Of a stretch of DNA of 64,000 nucleotides, positions 62,137 through 64,000 are shown in pieces. Position numbers and translations under genes: made by a program. Location: the NCBI GenBank assembly GCA_965237525.1, contig CBDEFO010000008.1, forward strand, positions 416,001 to 480,000, in the 5' to 3' direction. The first letter of the stretch is position 1; each line of letters opens with the position of its first letter. The notes beneath the pieces were generated by a model. It did not search any database. It saw only the letters and a list, made by a program, of their open reading frames with translations, and was not told the DNA's origin. This stretch comes from Candidatus Latescibacterota bacterium (lineage in GTDB: Bacteria > Latescibacterota > CBDEFO01).

Positions 62137-62219
62137 TCCTTAGCATATGCAGGAAATGTAGTAAAGGTATTGTGCGTCAGGAACTTCATGAATTTTTCGT
62201 TGGGTTTTAGCCTTCGAAT

Positions 62220-62530
62220 AGTGGGTAATAGTTATCCACAAAGGAAGTGGATAACTATGTTAACAAGACTTGCTGTTCATTGGGATTACGCACGACATAA
62301 AAGGGCGCGAGTGGAGAACTTAGACTTATCCAGATTTCTATGCACACGTTTTGCCTATGTATTCAAGTATAGTAAGCTTTTAGCTTCCGTTTGGTATTGT
62401 GTTGTTTATCTCCACTTCTTTTAGGTAGGTTATTAACATATAAACATAGCTATATAATTGGTATTAATATAAGTTTATTATTTATGATAAGAGTAAATTA
62501 ATTGTAGAAAATTAGAAAACTGAAGCGTAA
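62220..62530. promoter_or_regulatory. DnaA-box cluster 2 with an AT-rich tract (candidate oriC)
   Basis: TTATCCACA 62232, AGTGGATAA 62246, TTATCCAGA near 62326; very AT-rich 62430-62530. Confidence 0.7.
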
Positions 62531-62562
62531 GCGAAGTAATTGAAGTTTAAGTTGCTCTCTTA

Positions 62563-63096
62563 TCAGGTTTGCAATTGTTTTCCTGGTGCTATAACGACTA
62601 ACAACTGATCAGATTCTACGATATCGCCTTTTTTTACCGCTATGTGTTCTAGAATGCCGTTTTGATGGGCTGTGATTTCGTTAAACATCTTCATAGCCTC
62701 AAGGACAATTAGGGTATCACCGTCCTTGACATGGTCTCCGAGGGATTTCTGAACAGAAGTAACGACACCCGGGATAGGAGACATGATCTTTTGCTTGATT
62801 GCATGGATTGTACCTTTGGCTTTGTCAAAGGCTCCTAAGGAGATCTCATCTTTTACGTGTAACGAGAATTGACATCCTCCTATAGATAGAGTGTACTGGT
62901 CACCTTGCACGGAAGTACCAACTTCAATTGATCTATCGCCTATTAGGAGCGAGATAAGACTTTGTGCTATGATATCAACTGCATCAATTGTGTACTGTAC
63001 ATCGTCCACTGTGATGATATAAGCATTCTCTTGTCTTTTTACCTGGACGGAGTGTGTTTTGCCTTCTTCAGTTAGGATGTAGAATCTGTCTTCCAT
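62563..63096 (-). CDS. Biotin carboxyl carrier protein of an acyl-CoA carboxylase
   Basis: SPIPG, EAMKM biotinylation motif. Confidence 0.92.
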   Translation of the reverse strand: MEDRFYILTEEGKTHSVQVKRQENAYIITVDDVQYTIDAVDIIAQSLISLLIGDRSIEVGTSVQGDQYTLSIGGCQFSLHVKDEISLGAFDKAKGTIHAIKQKIMSPIPGVVTSVQKSLGDHVKDGDTLIVLEAMKMFNEITAHQNGILEHIAVKKGDIVESDQLLVVIAPGKQLQT

Positions 63097-63097
63097 A

Positions 63098-64000
63098 TTA
63101 GCTTATATTTGGCATCCCGCTACTTAGTGCTCTCCTTCTACCTGAGAGCTTCCAGGGATTTGAGGCAGGTGGGTAAGTATCTGTTGTAGGTAAGGTAAGT
63201 TGAGATTTGTTAGATTCCACTACAGCGACAGATAGTATTGCTGCAAGTTCGGCCTCGGTATCAGGTTGATCTCTATCTCTCTGTATAGTAAAATGCTTAT
63301 CAAGAAAATGTGTAGTTATATTGCCCTTCAGGAAGAACTTATTATGTAAGAGAAGTCTGTGAAAATCAAGTGTTGTGGTTATACCATCTACCGCGTACTC
63401 TGAAAGAGCACTTCTCATGCGGTGGATAGCCTCCGTGCGATTTCGACCCCATGTCGAAAGCTTCGCTATCAAGGAATCATAATGAATAGGCACATAATAG
63501 CCCTCATAGACTCCACAGTCATTTCTGATCCAGGGGCCTTCAGGTAACCTGAGCCTTTTAATGACGCCGAGAGAGGGGGAGAAGTTGTTACGGAAGTCCT
63601 CAGCATAGATTCGACATTCAATTGCGGAACCGTTTATGTTTATGTCCTTCTGCTCAAAACTTAGTTCGGTGCCCGCTGCTATTTGGATCTGTTCCTTAAC
63701 AAGATCTATGCCGGTTGTTATCTCGGTTATGGGATGCTCTACTTGAAGCCTTGTGTTCATCTCCAGAAAGTAGAAGTTTCTATCTTGATCGACGAGGAAC
63801 TCTACAGTTCCAGCGTTCACGTAGTCTACAAGTGAGGCGGCGGCAACGGCGGCTTTCCCGAGCTGATTTCTCATCTGTTTGTTGACGAAGGTGGACGGGC
63901 ATTCCTCGACTATCTTCTGATATCGCCTCTGGATGGAGCACTCTCTTTCACCCAGGTGGACTATATTCCCGAAAGAATCTCCCAGAACTTGTATTTCAAT
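63098..64000 (-). CDS. Biotin carboxylase subunit (AccC/PccA-like), 5'-partial
   Basis: AGTVEF, FLEMNTRLQVEHP, IECRIYAED, YDSLIAKL. Confidence 0.93.
   Translation of the reverse strand: MEIQVLGDSFGNIVHLGERECSIQRRYQKIVEECPSTFVNKQMRNQLGKAAVAAASLVDYVNAGTVEFLVDQDRNFYFLEMNTRLQVEHPITEITTGIDLVKEQIQIAAGTELSFEQKDININGSAIECRIYAEDFRNNFSPSLGVIKRLRLPEGPWIRNDCGVYEGYYVPIHYDSLIAKLSTWGRNRTEAIHRMRSALSEYAVDGITTTLDFHRLLLHNKFFLKGNITTHFLDKHFTIQRDRDQPDTEAELAAILSVAVVESNKSQLTLPTTDTYPPASNPWKLSGRRRALSSGMPNIS

Overview
Bacterial chromosomal window around the replication origin. The lineage is probably an uncultured FCB-associated one such as Latescibacterota; this is an inference from gene content and is not proven. 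Intact housekeeping blocks: a dcw cluster (mraZ to ftsZ, without murD, murB or ddl), rpmH-rnpA-yidD-yidC-mnmE-mnmG-rsmG with parS sites, dnaA (not followed by dnaN, with an IS1182 element just upstream), rsmI, pgsA-like plus ino1, tmk, ctpA, tRNA-Gly and tRNA-Cys. Accessory genes are widely decayed (livKHM, prkA-yhbH-spoVR, a methyltransferase, an enolase-superfamily gene and others). Most notable: (1) a sigma54 two-component locus upstream of a shuffled tandem array of predicted secreted His/Tyr/Gly-rich ankyrin proteins, an outer-membrane barrel and a DUF3179 lipoprotein; (2) a family of GT(A/G)GACAG palindromic elements, two of which share a leader directly before the ftsZ and ftsI start codons, with possible mini-copies in frame inside proteins; (3) a GC-rich cassette bounded by 43-bp direct repeats that replaces most of prkA; (4) a 3.6-kb insert flanked by a 129-bp duplication; (5) a GyrA-like helical insert in CtpA; (6) two separate DnaA-box clusters. 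All calls come from manual reading and no searches were run.
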